From: Candidatus Magasanikiibacteriota bacterium | Lineage (GTDB): Bacteria > Patescibacteriota > Patescibacteriia > Magasanikbacterales > UBA922 | Reading direction: 5' to 3' | Length of the DNA stretch: 64,000 nucleotides | Assembly: GCA_003510435.1 (NCBI GenBank) | Contig: DOMK01000010.1 | Coordinates: forward strand, 41,487-105,486 | Shown here: piece by piece, positions 9,405 to 19,730 of the stretch | How the letters are laid out: each line of letters begins with the position of its first letter | Numbering within the stretch: the first letter of the stretch is position 1 | Translations under genes and position numbers: made by a program | Notes under the pieces: model-generated | Seen by the model: only the letters and a program-made list of their open reading frames with translations | Database searches by the model: none | Told to the model about the DNA's origin: nothing

Positions 9405-11336
9405 TTAGTCACCCCTATCTGTTTCGCCTTCGGCAACTCGTGCATCATCGGAGTTGAAGAATTCCTTTTCTGCTGGTGTAGTTTCTAACCAGTTTTTTTT
9501 GTCAATATATTTACCAAGTTGTTTGTATACTTGTCCAAGTCGGTGTTCGTAAAATTGTTTTGGAAAACCAGCTTCGGTTATACCTAACATAGTTTTTGCT
9601 TCTCTGCTAGTTTTGTTTAGAACATCAAATATTTGACCATACCATTCCCTAGCATTTTCAATTGAAAGTGTTTGCTTGGCCATTTGCATAGCAATATCAT
9701 TTATATCAATAGCATTGGCTGTATAAACAGCTCGGTCAAGTAAAAGGTCAATTGCGATAGCTTGTTCGTCTGGCGTTAATTCAAGCGGTTGAGATTTAGT
9801 TTCGCCTTTTTTTGTTTTGCCGATTCTTTTGGTGGCGTCATAATTAAGAATTTTGCTTCTAACGCCTTCAATTTTTTGTTGGTCAATAATATGGCCACTG
9901 TCTTTAACTTTTTCTGGTTTTTCTACTTGGGTTGTGTCTTGGTCTCTTTCATCATCTTGTGTTACATCTCTATCAGGTTCATCAGTATTGTCGGATGTAG
10001 CTGTATGGTATAAAGGATTGTCTTTTTCTTCTACAAGGAATCCTTGTGGTAATTCTGCTGGTTTTGTTGGATGTTTTTGTGTTATTTCTGGTGTTGTACC
10101 AAGGTTTTTTCCAAACGTTTGTGGTTTACTGACATTGAAAGCTATTTGTTCTCCCCCATGTGTTGGTATTACATTTTTACCAGTTTGGGAATCAAAATAT
10201 CTTGGTTTGGGAGTTTGTTTTTGTGGAGTAGGTTCAGGGTTTGTTTTTCCTTCCAAAGTTGAAAGACCTAAATTTGTATCTAAATTTTCAAGAGAAACTT
10301 TATCGTGTTCTGGTGTAGCTTCTCCATTATGGTTTTCTGTTGGGTTGCCGTGTTTTTCAACAGTTCCGTCGTCATGAAAAAATAATTCTTCGCCAGAGTG
10401 TACTACAAGATCACTATATCTTCCCCAATATTTATTAATGGCATTTTGTTCAATACCATTTTTGTTATCAGCTGGGAATTTTTTTTGTAAAATACCCCAA
10501 AAAGTATCACCTGGTTGTACAGTGTAAGGTAATAAAGTTTCGTCTTCTGTATCTAAATTTGTATTTGTGTCAGCAATTTGTTTATTTTCAGTGTGTGTTT
10601 GTCTGGCTAGTTCCTTCACTTGTTGAATTGCTTGCTTAAATTCCTGATCACGTTGCTCTACTACTTGTAAATCTGGATTGTCAGCCAAGTCAGGTTGAGA
10701 TTGAACATTTTTTTGTTTTTCTGGTTCTGGAATTTCTGGAGCTTCGTGTTTTTTAAAGGCATTAAAGGCCGCCATAATAGCCAGGCCAGCTGCTACCCAT
10801 CTAGAAACCGACTTAACTTGTTTTTTTATGTCTGGTTTTTCACCTTTAGGTAGTTGAGTTTTTTCATCGATTTCCACGATCTGCTGTCTTAGTATTTCTG
10901 CTTTTCTGGCTTCTTCATCTAGTTTTTCTTTATAAGCCAATAAAGCATTGTCCAAGTCTGCTGGTTTTGGTCTAGCAACTTGTTGTAATTCATCATACTT
11001 TTTTATTTTTTCGTATATATAGTTTGTCAGATGTTTTTGGGGAATTTCGGTAGTATTACCTGTTGGGCTCTGCAGTCTTTTAATTACAGGTTCAAGATTA
11101 GAATCAACAATATAGCCCGATTCTGCTTCTTGTCCAATTTGTCTTTGTAGATCTTCAATAATAAAATTAATAACATTTTGTTTGTCTTTTCGTCTTTCTA
11201 CCAATGGATTATTGTTAATTGCATCGGCCAATGGAGAATACCACCTGGCCCAAAATTCTTGTCCACCCTCAATCTTCCTGAGTCCTCCTCTTCCCTTAGA
11301 TGTGGCAGAGTCAATTTTTGGCGCATTTTCTTTCAT
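9405..11336 (-). CDS. large hypothetical membrane-anchored protein with LysM-like segment
   Basis: 643 aa; one TM helix (AAGLAIMAAFNAF); coiled-coil-like charged region; YTVQPGDTFWGIL LysM-like motif. Confidence 0.5.
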   Translation of the reverse strand: MKENAPKIDSATSKGRGGLRKIEGGQEFWARWYSPLADAINNNPLVERRKDKQNVINFIIEDLQRQIGQEAESGYIVDSNLEPVIKRLQSPTGNTTEIPQKHLTNYIYEKIKKYDELQQVARPKPADLDNALLAYKEKLDEEARKAEILRQQIVEIDEKTQLPKGEKPDIKKQVKSVSRWVAAGLAIMAAFNAFKKHEAPEIPEPEKQKNVQSQPDLADNPDLQVVEQRDQEFKQAIQQVKELARQTHTENKQIADTNTNLDTEDETLLPYTVQPGDTFWGILQKKFPADNKNGIEQNAINKYWGRYSDLVVHSGEELFFHDDGTVEKHGNPTENHNGEATPEHDKVSLENLDTNLGLSTLEGKTNPEPTPQKQTPKPRYFDSQTGKNVIPTHGGEQIAFNVSKPQTFGKNLGTTPEITQKHPTKPAELPQGFLVEEKDNPLYHTATSDNTDEPDRDVTQDDERDQDTTQVEKPEKVKDSGHIIDQQKIEGVRSKILNYDATKRIGKTKKGETKSQPLELTPDEQAIAIDLLLDRAVYTANAIDINDIAMQMAKQTLSIENAREWYGQIFDVLNKTSREAKTMLGITEAGFPKQFYEHRLGQVYKQLGKYIDKKNWLETTPAEKEFFNSDDARVAEGETDRGD

Positions 11337-11361
11337 ATGTTTTAAATTAAAGAATAATTTG

Positions 11362-11883
11362 TTATAGCAAGAATTGTTTTAAATCAATACTGTGTTTTTT
11401 AGCAATCGCTTCTATCATATTTATGAGTATTTTGCTGGCAGTGGTAGCATCCCTACCTTCAAGAGCTCTTTTTTCGGCTTGAACATATAAATTTTCTATC
11501 ATATTAGCATCTGGAATTGCATTTATTTTTCGTAAAATGATAAGTAAAGGATCAATAACAGTTATTTTTATATCCACACTCAATCCTACAGAGTTTTCTA
11601 CACTAACTGTAACTCGTTTTTTTAATTCTGGTGGGGAATCTTTTTCTGGTTGTTGTGTGGTGCTAGGTAAATCAGGTACTGTATAGTGGTCAGGTTTTGT
11701 ATTAGCGTTTGGTACAGTAGCATTTGCTACTGTTTTATCTGGTCTTTCAGCCTCTACTATCTTTGTAGGCTCTTCAGCCTTAAGGTCTTCACATGTTGGC
11801 CATCTTACATTATCGTATCGGCTTTTTTCTGCTGAAGGTTTTTCACTACCAAAAATTGTTCTAAAAGAAAATGGCATAATCAA
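11362..11883 (-). CDS. hypothetical protein
   Basis: 173 aa ORF co-oriented and adjacent to the 643 aa gene. Confidence 0.4.
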   Translation of the reverse strand: MIMPFSFRTIFGSEKPSAEKSRYDNVRWPTCEDLKAEEPTKIVEAERPDKTVANATVPNANTKPDHYTVPDLPSTTQQPEKDSPPELKKRVTVSVENSVGLSVDIKITVIDPLLIILRKINAIPDANMIENLYVQAEKRALEGRDATTASKILINMIEAIAKKHSIDLKQFLL

Positions 11884-11936
11884 AATTAATTATAATAAAA
11901 TTATAGCATATTTTAGCGGAAAAGTCAAGTTTGGAA

Positions 11937-11965
11937 TTGACAAATTTGGCTTATTTTAGTACAAT
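11937..11965 (+). promoter_or_regulatory. sigma70-like promoter of miaB
   Basis: TTGACA-N17-TACAAT. Confidence 0.5.
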
Positions 11966-12089
11966 TCATGTCCAATATGATTCAATATTATTATCACATT
12001 ATCACTTTTGGCTGTCACCCCGTACATAAAATGGCAGACTCGTTATCACTTCGTCTGTCCATTTATTACGGGGCGGGAATGAATAAATT

Positions 12090-13412
12090 ATGCAATATAA
12101 GTATCACATAACAACTTATGGGTGTCAAATGAATAAGAATGATTCAGAACGGATAGAGGTGGTTTTGAATAAAATGGGTTTGCAGAGTACAGGTGATGTG
12201 GAGTCAGCTGATGTTGTTATCCTTAATACTTGTAGCGTTCGTGATTCAGCTGAAGCGAGAATTTTTGGCCAAGGGGCCAACTTTGCCAAGCTGAAACAAA
12301 AGAAGCCAAATTTAATTGTCGCGGTCACTGGTTGTATGCCTGGCAGAGACAAAACCAAGGAATTAAAAAAGCGTATACCGTGGGTAGATTTGTATTTTGC
12401 GAATGAAGAAATGATTCATTTACCCAAGTGGTTAGCAGAATTAAATCCAGATTTTCGTGTGATGGAAGATTTGGAAACTGATTATCTCAATATCCATCCT
12501 AATTATCATAGTAAATTTCAAGCCTTTGTTAGTATCCAGACAGGATGTAATCATTTTTGTACTTATTGTGTCGTACCCTTTGCCCGTGGTACTGAAGGTA
12601 ATCGATCATTAAAAAGTATTTTGGCTGAAATAGATGATTTGGATAATAAAGGTTATAAAGAAATAACTTTGTTGGGACAAATTGTGAATCATTATATTGC
12701 ACCCGATCCAGAATTTTTTTCTAAAGATAATATTTATAAGAAAAATGATTTTGCTAAGTTGCTGTGGGAAATAAACAAAATGAAAAGTATTGAACGCGTG
12801 CATTGGACTGCTCCGCATCCGATTTATATGGATGAAGAAATGATTGATGCTCTAACTTTACCAAAGCAGGTGAATTTTATTCATTTGCCAGTGCAATCTG
12901 GTAATGACGAAATTCTAAATAAAATGAATCGTCGGCATGATAGACAATTTTATCTGGATATAATTAAAAAGATTAGAGCCAAGCGTCCAGACATGGCAAT
13001 TGGTACAGATATTATTGTTGGTTTTTGTGGGGAAACAGAAGAACAATTTCAAGATACAGTTAGTCTGTTTAAAATTTGTGATTTTGATATTTCTTATCAT
13101 GCTAAATATTCCACTCGGTCAGGCACAGTCGCTGATAAAATGTTTAAAGATGATGTGTCAAAAACAGAAAAGAAAAGACGTTGGCAGATATTACAAGATT
13201 TAATGGAAGAAATTACTTATGCCAAAAATCAAAAATATGTTGGTCAAAAAGTCTCAGTCTTGGTAGAACGTTGCAATGATAGTTGGTGTGAGGGTAATTC
13301 TAATGAAATGAAATTGACTAGATTTAAAGGTAATGAATCAATGATCGGAACGATTCAGACACCAGAAATTTATAAAGCTGGTACCTGGCTTTTGTGGGGA
13401 CGTGTGGTATAA
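12090..13412 (+). CDS. miaB: tRNA methylthiotransferase (MiaB/RimO family radical SAM)
   Basis: N-terminal MTTase cysteines; CNHFCTYC radical-SAM motif; TRAM-like C-terminus. Confidence 0.8.
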   Translation: MQYKYHITTYGCQMNKNDSERIEVVLNKMGLQSTGDVESADVVILNTCSVRDSAEARIFGQGANFAKLKQKKPNLIVAVTGCMPGRDKTKELKKRIPWVDLYFANEEMIHLPKWLAELNPDFRVMEDLETDYLNIHPNYHSKFQAFVSIQTGCNHFCTYCVVPFARGTEGNRSLKSILAEIDDLDNKGYKEITLLGQIVNHYIAPDPEFFSKDNIYKKNDFAKLLWEINKMKSIERVHWTAPHPIYMDEEMIDALTLPKQVNFIHLPVQSGNDEILNKMNRRHDRQFYLDIIKKIRAKRPDMAIGTDIIVGFCGETEEQFQDTVSLFKICDFDISYHAKYSTRSGTVADKMFKDDVSKTEKKRRWQILQDLMEEITYAKNQKYVGQKVSVLVERCNDSWCEGNSNEMKLTRFKGNESMIGTIQTPEIYKAGTWLLWGRVV

Positions 13413-13415
13413 TAG

Positions 13416-13504
13416 ACATTGATTCCATTGATTATTTACTGATTTCGCTGAGTATATCAATTACAATCTGTGTAATCTTTAGTAATCAGTGAAATCAATG
13501 TTAT
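13416..13504. repeat. family A MITE-like element abutting the miaA start
   Basis: GACATTGATTCCATTGATT ... AATCAGTGAAATCAATGTTAT inverted termini; miaB stop TAA lies inside the upstream TGTGGTATAAT -10. Confidence 0.7.
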
Positions 13505-14446
13505 ATGAGAGAAGAAACAAAAAAATTACAAAAATTAATTGTGGTAGTTGGTCCAACTGCTAGTGGCAAGACTAACTGGGCTTTGCGTTTGGCCAAGAAA
13601 TTTAATGGCGATATTATTTCCGCTGATTCAAGGCAAATCTATAAAAAAATGGATATTGGCACAGCCAAAGAGCCTGGTGAATGGCGAAGAAATGGTTTGC
13701 GCAAAACTTACTATATCGAAGATATTCCCCATCATCTAGTTGATTTTCTGGATCCAGGCAAAGCTTTTACAGTGGCAGAATTTAGAGACAAGGCAGTAAA
13801 GTATGTAAAAATGGCGCATGAAGATGGTAAAATGCCGTTGATGGTAGGTGGAACAGGTTTGTATGTTCATTCTTTGGTAGAAAATTTGCAAATTCCTCGC
13901 GTACCGCCAAATAAAAAATTACGTGATAGTTTAGAAGAAAAAAATAATGAAGAATTGATGACTTGGATTACTAGTCTTGACCCAAAGACTGCCGAAACAG
14001 TTGATCCTAATAATAAACGTAGATTAATCCGAGCGCTTGAAGTGTGTATTCTTAGTGGGGTGCCTTTTTCTGAACAACAAATTAAAGGTGATCCATTGTT
14101 TGATATTTTAGAAATTGGGATTGAAGTGGAAAGAGAAACACTTTATGAAAGAATTGATAATCGTGTCCAGAAAATGTTTGATCTTGGTTTGGTAAAAGAA
14201 GTAGAAATTTTATTAAAACAAAAATATTCATGGGAATTACCTTCCATGAGCGGAATTGGTTATCGTCAGTTTAAAGAATATTTTGAAAAGAAAATTTCTT
14301 TGGACGAAGTGAAAGAAAATCTTAAACACGATACCAGAAGATATGCCAAACGACAATTGACTTGGTTTAGGCGAGATGAAAAAATAAAGTGGTGCAAGGA
14401 ATATGAAGAAGCAGAAAAATTGGTAGAAGATTTTTTAAAAAAATAG
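13505..14446 (+). CDS. miaA: tRNA dimethylallyltransferase
   Basis: VVVGPTASGKT P-loop; DSRQIYKKMDIGTAKP motif. Confidence 0.9.
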   Translation: MREETKKLQKLIVVVGPTASGKTNWALRLAKKFNGDIISADSRQIYKKMDIGTAKEPGEWRRNGLRKTYYIEDIPHHLVDFLDPGKAFTVAEFRDKAVKYVKMAHEDGKMPLMVGGTGLYVHSLVENLQIPRVPPNKKLRDSLEEKNNEELMTWITSLDPKTAETVDPNNKRRLIRALEVCILSGVPFSEQQIKGDPLFDILEIGIEVERETLYERIDNRVQKMFDLGLVKEVEILLKQKYSWELPSMSGIGYRQFKEYFEKKISLDEVKENLKHDTRRYAKRQLTWFRRDEKIKWCKEYEEAEKLVEDFLKK

Positions 14447-14447
14447 T

Positions 14448-15143
14448 ATGGCTTTAGATTTAGGAAAAAATTTGCCAATCGCCTCATCAGCCGGATTGGG
14501 GAGTAAAATAAGCAAGACACCCAGTTTGTATTCTAGTAGTTCTGATAATTTAAAAAAGAATAATGCTAAAACTTCTGTATTTAGTAATAAAAGTGAGGCA
14601 GTAATATCAGTTAGTCGTTTAAACAATGCGTTGTCAGCTCCGACTAGTTCAATTAGTCGGGTAAATAATAATGATAGTAGACCCACTACTTCAGTCAATC
14701 GGATGGCAGTAGCCCAAGTTGAGGCAGAAGATGTTTATAGTCAAGAAGCGGATGATAGACGTTATAATTATGTAAGACGACTGATAAAAGCGCGACAAGA
14801 AAAAGCGGTGGAGAAGGTTGTAAAAGAAGGTGGTTCGGCTTATGATTTTAGCGTCCACACTGGTAAGGGTTTCCGTCTTCATGGCCGGCATGGTTTGATG
14901 AGAAAAATTTATAAGATGAAAAAAGAAAATCCTTTGGCTTATAAACATTGGGGTGATACAGAAAAGAAATATTTGGCTGATATGCTTAAGAAACATGTGG
15001 AGGGGGTATCACGGGGTACAAGCATTGGCTATGCCATGCGAAGAAGAATGAAATATCAGATTGACCAAGATCGAAAAAGTCACAAAATTAATATTTATGC
15101 AGCCAAGGATATGAAAAAGATTGTGGATGAATTGCCAGGTTAA
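14448..15143 (+). CDS. hypothetical Ser-rich protein
   Basis: 231 aa ORF directly following miaA. Confidence 0.4.
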   Translation: MALDLGKNLPIASSAGLGSKISKTPSLYSSSSDNLKKNNAKTSVFSNKSEAVISVSRLNNALSAPTSSISRVNNNDSRPTTSVNRMAVAQVEAEDVYSQEADDRRYNYVRRLIKARQEKAVEKVVKEGGSAYDFSVHTGKGFRLHGRHGLMRKIYKMKKENPLAYKHWGDTEKKYLADMLKKHVEGVSRGTSIGYAMRRRMKYQIDQDRKSHKINIYAAKDMKKIVDELPG

Positions 15144-15176
15144 ATTAAGGAATAAGGAGTAAGGAATAAAGAATAA

Positions 15177-15201
15177 AAAAGAACACTGGCGTGTTCTTTT
15201 T
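15177..15201. terminator. bidirectional rho-independent terminator
   Basis: AAGAACAC-tggc-GTGTTCTT hairpin flanked by A-run/T-run between convergent genes. Confidence 0.7.
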
Positions 15202-15225
15202 AGTATAGTTTTTAGTTGTTATTGG

Positions 15226-15993
15226 TTATTTTATTTTTTCTTGATACGCTTGCCAACCAGCTTCGCGATATTTTTTAGCTTCGGTCAAAGGATTTTCGGC
15301 TTCATAAATTCCTCTGCCAACGATAATTACATCAGAATTATTTTTTTTGATAACTTTTTCAGGGGTATTGTATTGTTGTCCTAGGGTATCACCACCTTGA
15401 GCTAATTGTACACCTGGTGTCATGTTTACAAAACATGGGTTATCTAATAATTTTTTCATGGTGATAAAACCAATCACAAAATCCTTATTTTCTTCGGCCA
15501 TTTTTAGTGTTTCCTCAGTATACGTACCTTTGGCTAACGTACCTTTGGAACTCATTTCTGCCAAGAGTAATAAGCCTCGGCCTTTGGGTAAACCAATTTC
15601 TTTTAATCCTTGAATAATCCCAGGCCCTGGCACAGTGTGGGCATTGGTAATATGAGACCAATCAGCAATATTATAAATACCATTTTGATATTGATACTTT
15701 ACGGTGTTACCAATATCGGCAAATTTTCTATCTTCAAAAATTAAGAAATTATGTTCTTCTGCTAGTCTTTGTAATTGGATAATTAAATCAGCATCAAAAT
15801 CTTCGATAATATCAATATGGGTTTTTAATACGCAAATTTCTGGACCAAGTTCTTCTGCAATTTTTAATAATTTTTCTTTGGTGACTACATCCGCAGCAAT
15901 GGCCAAATTTGTTTGTTTGGTCTCCATTATTTTAAAAAGCTTTTTGGCGGTGGGATTGGTGCAAAGGTCAGCGCGTTGTTGGTATGTGAACAT
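15226..15993 (-). CDS. pyrF: orotidine 5'-phosphate decarboxylase
   Basis: KTHID and [12 protein letters not shown] motifs. Confidence 0.8.
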   Translation of the reverse strand: MFTYQQRADLCTNPTAKKLFKIMETKQTNLAIAADVVTKEKLLKIAEELGPEICVLKTHIDIIEDFDADLIIQLQRLAEEHNFLIFEDRKFADIGNTVKYQYQNGIYNIADWSHITNAHTVPGPGIIQGLKEIGLPKGRGLLLLAEMSSKGTLAKGTYTEETLKMAEENKDFVIGFITMKKLLDNPCFVNMTPGVQLAQGGDTLGQQYNTPEKVIKKNNSDVIIVGRGIYEAENPLTEAKKYREAGWQAYQEKIK

Positions 15994-16003
15994 AATATTT
16001 TGT

Positions 16004-16130
16004 TAATCCCGACCCCGATTCGCATCGGGGAGGGATCCCTTTTAGTGTTTCTAACAAGGGTATTAAAAATACATTTGTTAGTGTGTTGAAAAGGGATTCC
16101 TCGTCGCCCTTTGGGCTCACTCGGAATGAC
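16004..16130. repeat. palindromic repeat family B (ATTCCGAG..GAGGAATCCCTTTT .. AAAAGGGATCCCTC..GGTTCGGGATTA)
   Basis: ~130 nt long imperfect palindrome; full copies at 30265-30392, 31887-32016, 39701-39847; half copies at 7411-7470, 26812-26900, 5832-5873, 51353-51400. Confidence 0.7.
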
Positions 16131-16135
16131 AAGAA

Positions 16136-16768
16136 TTAAACTTGCTTAGATTCAAGAAATTTTTTTCCGTGACCAATTTTGGTATTTATTGGTACATTGT
16201 TTTTGCAGAGAGGACACTCTTCAGCTGAATAATTGGGAATTGTCATTTCTGCTAGTGAAGAGAATGGAACGCCGTACATCTCTGTGTTTATGGTTTGTGG
16301 ATTTTTATTAACCATCACACTAGCCTGAACCACTTCGCCACCTGCTTCTTTTATGGCGTCGACTAATTTTTTTAATGATGACCCTGTTTGTGTAAGATCC
16401 TCAAGTGCCAAGACCTTTTTACCTCTTACGAGATTGTTGTAGTTGCGTCTGGTAAAAAAGGTCAATTTATCATCTTCTTTTTCAGCATAGACACCGAGAA
16501 TTTCTTTGCCTTTGATTTGAGAAAGATGGTAAGCTGTCCATTGAGATAATATTATACCACCCAAAGCCGGGCCAGCTACTACATCAATATCTAAATCTTT
16601 GTATTTCTCTGCAAAAAGTTTACAAACGGCCGATGTCTCTTCAGTGTGGGGGTAGAGAGCATCTTTGTTTACATAAGTATCAAAATGGCCACCAGAAGTT
16701 CCGACAAAATGATCATTATCCAACACAGCTCCAACTTTTTTTAAAATTTCCAAGATATTATTTTCCAT
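16136..16768 (-). CDS. pyrE: orotate phosphoribosyltransferase (type I PRTase) with C-terminal CxxC
   Basis: PRPP-binding motif VLALEDLTQTGSS; position in pyr cluster. Confidence 0.7.
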   Translation of the reverse strand: MENNILEILKKVGAVLDNDHFVGTSGGHFDTYVNKDALYPHTEETSAVCKLFAEKYKDLDIDVVAGPALGGIILSQWTAYHLSQIKGKEILGVYAEKEDDKLTFFTRRNYNNLVRGKKVLALEDLTQTGSSLKKLVDAIKEAGGEVVQASVMVNKNPQTINTEMYGVPFSSLAEMTIPNYSAEECPLCKNNVPINTKIGHGKKFLESKQV

Positions 16769-16819
16769 ATATTTTAAATTAAAAATTAATTATTTTTTTG
16801 AAGGGATTCTCCATTGCGT

Positions 16820-17602
16820 TCAGAATGATACGACAGCACCAGACTTATCTCTGTGATATTTTCCAAATTCAAAAATTTTATTAGCTAATTCACGATTAAC
16901 GACTGGTCCTTCTTTACACATACAAATTCCTAGGTCATCTACTACGCATTGGCCACAAATACCCACACCACATTTCATATAGCGTTCAATACTAACTTCG
17001 CAATCAACATTATATTCATTGCAAATATCTAAAACTTTTTTTTGCATTAGTTCTGGACCACAGGTTACCACTAATTTTTGACACGAATCTGCACTAATAA
17101 TACTTGGTATAAGGTCTGTGACATAACCTTTGTGTCCACGACTGCCATCATCAGTAGCAAGATGTAGAATTAGATTTGGTATTTTTGATAATTTTTCTTC
17201 AAATAATAAATTGTCTTTGGTACGACCGCCAGCGAGGAAATCTATTTTTGCACCGTTTGTCCTTTGAGCCAGTAGACTAAGAGGGGCGGCTCCATAACCA
17301 CCAGCGACCATAATGTAGTGTAAATTTTGGTCAACGGTAAAAGCTGTACCATAAGGTCCAGAAATACCCACGCGGTCGCCAATATTCATTTCAAATAATT
17401 TATTGGTTAATGGACCACGTTTGAAAATTGTTAAACCAAATGTTTGTCCATCGTCAGAAGAAATGGAAAATGGTTTTTGATCAATTCCAGGAATCCAGAG
17501 CATGACGAATTGACCAGGTTTACTTCCCAAATTGAAATTAAAGTAAAAGGTTTTTACAAAAGGATTTTCTTGTTCAATTTTTGAGATTTTTAGAAAGTTC
17601 AT
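16820..17602 (-). CDS. pyrK: dihydroorotate dehydrogenase electron-transfer subunit
   Basis: FAD/NAD-binding fold, C-terminal Cys cluster CGVGICGQC. Confidence 0.8.
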   Translation of the reverse strand: MNFLKISKIEQENPFVKTFYFNFNLGSKPGQFVMLWIPGIDQKPFSISSDDGQTFGLTIFKRGPLTNKLFEMNIGDRVGISGPYGTAFTVDQNLHYIMVAGGYGAAPLSLLAQRTNGAKIDFLAGGRTKDNLLFEEKLSKIPNLILHLATDDGSRGHKGYVTDLIPSIISADSCQKLVVTCGPELMQKKVLDICNEYNVDCEVSIERYMKCGVGICGQCVVDDLGICMCKEGPVVNRELANKIFEFGKYHRDKSGAVVSF

Positions 17603-17719
17603 AAAATTATATACAAATATACGAATTTACGAATTATACGGATGCTATACAAATGTGTATTGCCGAAGTATGTTCGTATAGCATTTGTATAATTCGTATT
17701 GTTAGTATATTCGTATATT

Positions 17720-18628
17720 TTATAAATGAGCAGATCCTCTAATTTCATCTAAATTTTTGATTCCTTCTTCTTTCATAATCACTTCCATTTCATCAGTAAT
17801 TTTTTTGAAAGCGTCAGCACCACGGAAATAGACAGCTGAACCAACACCGAGTAGGGTAGCACCGGCCATAATCATCGCGAGAGCATCTTCGCCAGTCGTG
17901 ATTCCTCCTGTGCCGATAATCGGAATTTTAACTGACTTGTAAATATCATAAACGCATTTAAGGGCAATGGGAAATAAAGCTGGACCAGAGACACCGCCTT
18001 GTTTATTATGAAGAATTGGCCGGCGCGCACGGACATCAATCATCATACCACTAACAGTGTTTACAGCCGTAATAGCATCGGCTCCGCTAGCTTCGGCTGC
18101 CTTGGCAATGGTATCAATATTCCAAGCATTGGGTGAAAGTTTTATAGAAATTGGTACGGTAGATTTCTCTTTTACCGCTTTGGTAATTTTTTCTACCGCT
18201 GAAATGGAATAAGCAAAGGGATCGCCGAATTCTTTACTAACATTGGGACAAGAAATATCAATTTCCAAAAAATCAATTGGCGCTTCACAAATCCGCTCGG
18301 CCATTTCGCCGAATTCTTCTGGTGTACCAGCAAAAATGCTCCCTAAAAGAGGAACATCAGATAATTCTTTAAATTTCTTTAATTCTTCAATGGCTTTATC
18401 AATTCCAGGATTAGATAGTCCGACAGCATTGATAAAAAAATGTTCATAGCCATTCATAGTTGGATTGGGGTGGCCAGTACGCGGTTCTTTGGAAATTGAT
18501 TTGACAGTCACGCCACCACAGCCATTTTTTATAGCATTATTAAGACTGGCACCAGTGACACCGAGAATGCCAGAGGCGACGACAATGGGGTTGGTGAATG
18601 ATTTGCCTAAAAAATTAGTTGTTAACAT
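17720..18628 (-). CDS. pyrD: dihydroorotate dehydrogenase catalytic subunit (class 1B)
   Basis: TIM-barrel DHOD motifs; adjacent to pyrK. Confidence 0.85.
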   Translation of the reverse strand: MLTTNFLGKSFTNPIVVASGILGVTGASLNNAIKNGCGGVTVKSISKEPRTGHPNPTMNGYEHFFINAVGLSNPGIDKAIEELKKFKELSDVPLLGSIFAGTPEEFGEMAERICEAPIDFLEIDISCPNVSKEFGDPFAYSISAVEKITKAVKEKSTVPISIKLSPNAWNIDTIAKAAEASGADAITAVNTVSGMMIDVRARRPILHNKQGGVSGPALFPIALKCVYDIYKSVKIPIIGTGGITTGEDALAMIMAGATLLGVGSAVYFRGADAFKKITDEMEVIMKEEGIKNLDEIRGSAHL

Positions 18629-18740
18629 AATTCCTAATTCACCTAATTTCTAATTCACCTAATAAAATTTCTAATACCCAATTAGTAATTTGATATTGGG
18701 ATTTTTATTAGAAATTAGGTGAATTAGATAATTAGAAATT
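18629..18740. repeat. palindromic repeat family C (CTAATTCACCTAATTTCTAAT) directly 5' of pyrD
   Basis: Inverted copies of TAATTCACCTAATTTCTAAT around an AT-rich centre; second copy at 30878-30986, directly 5' of folA. Confidence 0.65.
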
Positions 18741-18742
18741 TA

Positions 18743-19696
18743 TTATATTTTATTTTCCAGTTCTAATAGCCAAATAATAATCGCTTTTTGAATATGCATT
18801 CTATTTTCTGCTTGATCAAAGATTACAGAATTTTTGTGATCAATGGCTTCACGAGAAATTTCATAACCAATATGACAAGGCATGCAGTGCATAATACCAG
18901 CTTTTGGAGAATAGGTATCAACCAATTCAGCACTCAATTGAAATGGTTTGAAAGTAGCTAAGCGACGATCATATTCAGCCTGGTATTCTGGAATAACTTT
19001 ACCATCTTTGAAAAATTCCATATCAATCCAAGTGTCAGTGTGGACATAATCTGTGTTAGTCATAGCCTCGGCCAAATCAGTCGTGCGTTTTATAAGGCCT
19101 GTGGCATTAGCCAGGTCATTTAATTCTGTATCAACACTTGGTGGATTGGCTTCGGGAGCAGCGATAGCGACTTCAATTCCAAGTTTAGCACAAGCTAATT
19201 GCAAAGTATTGGAAACGTTATTTTCAATTCCTAACCAGGTAACTTTTTTAATATTTTCTAAACCATTAGAATGTTCCATCATAGTCAAGATGTCACCTAG
19301 AGCTTGGCAAGGATGATATTTTTCTGAGCAAGCATCAATTACTGGAATTTTATTTAAGCTAGCAGCAGTCATGACGTCTTCAGCTTTTAAGGCGCGGAAC
19401 ATAAGGACAGCTCCATAACGCATGACGGCTTGAATTTCATCTTTGAAAGCAGTGAGAGCAAATTGTGTATTGCGTGCGTCTAGATATATTCCGTGTCCAC
19501 CCAGTTCTGTCATGCCAGCTTCAAAAGATAGACGAGTACGAGTAGAAGTTTTTTGAAAAAGCATTATTAAAGTTTGATTGTGTAACACATCCACGCTTTC
19601 TCCGGCTTTTCTTTTGGCTTTTAATTTTTGAGCAATATTTAAAATGTCTAACAAATCCTGTTTGGATTGTTCTTTGAGTGAGATGAGGTGACGCAT
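18743..19696 (-). CDS. argF: ornithine (or putrescine) carbamoyltransferase
   Basis: STRTRLSFE carbamoyl-phosphate motif; HCMPC (HCLP-type) rather than the HPLP of ATCase. Confidence 0.75.
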   Translation of the reverse strand: MRHLISLKEQSKQDLLDILNIAQKLKAKRKAGESVDVLHNQTLIMLFQKTSTRTRLSFEAGMTELGGHGIYLDARNTQFALTAFKDEIQAVMRYGAVLMFRALKAEDVMTAASLNKIPVIDACSEKYHPCQALGDILTMMEHSNGLENIKKVTWLGIENNVSNTLQLACAKLGIEVAIAAPEANPPSVDTELNDLANATGLIKRTTDLAEAMTNTDYVHTDTWIDMEFFKDGKVIPEYQAEYDRRLATFKPFQLSAELVDTYSPKAGIMHCMPCHIGYEISREAIDHKNSVIFDQAENRMHIQKAIIIWLLELENKI

Positions 19697-19730
19697 AGGT
19701 TTTGATTTAAAGATTTAATAGATTTAAAAA

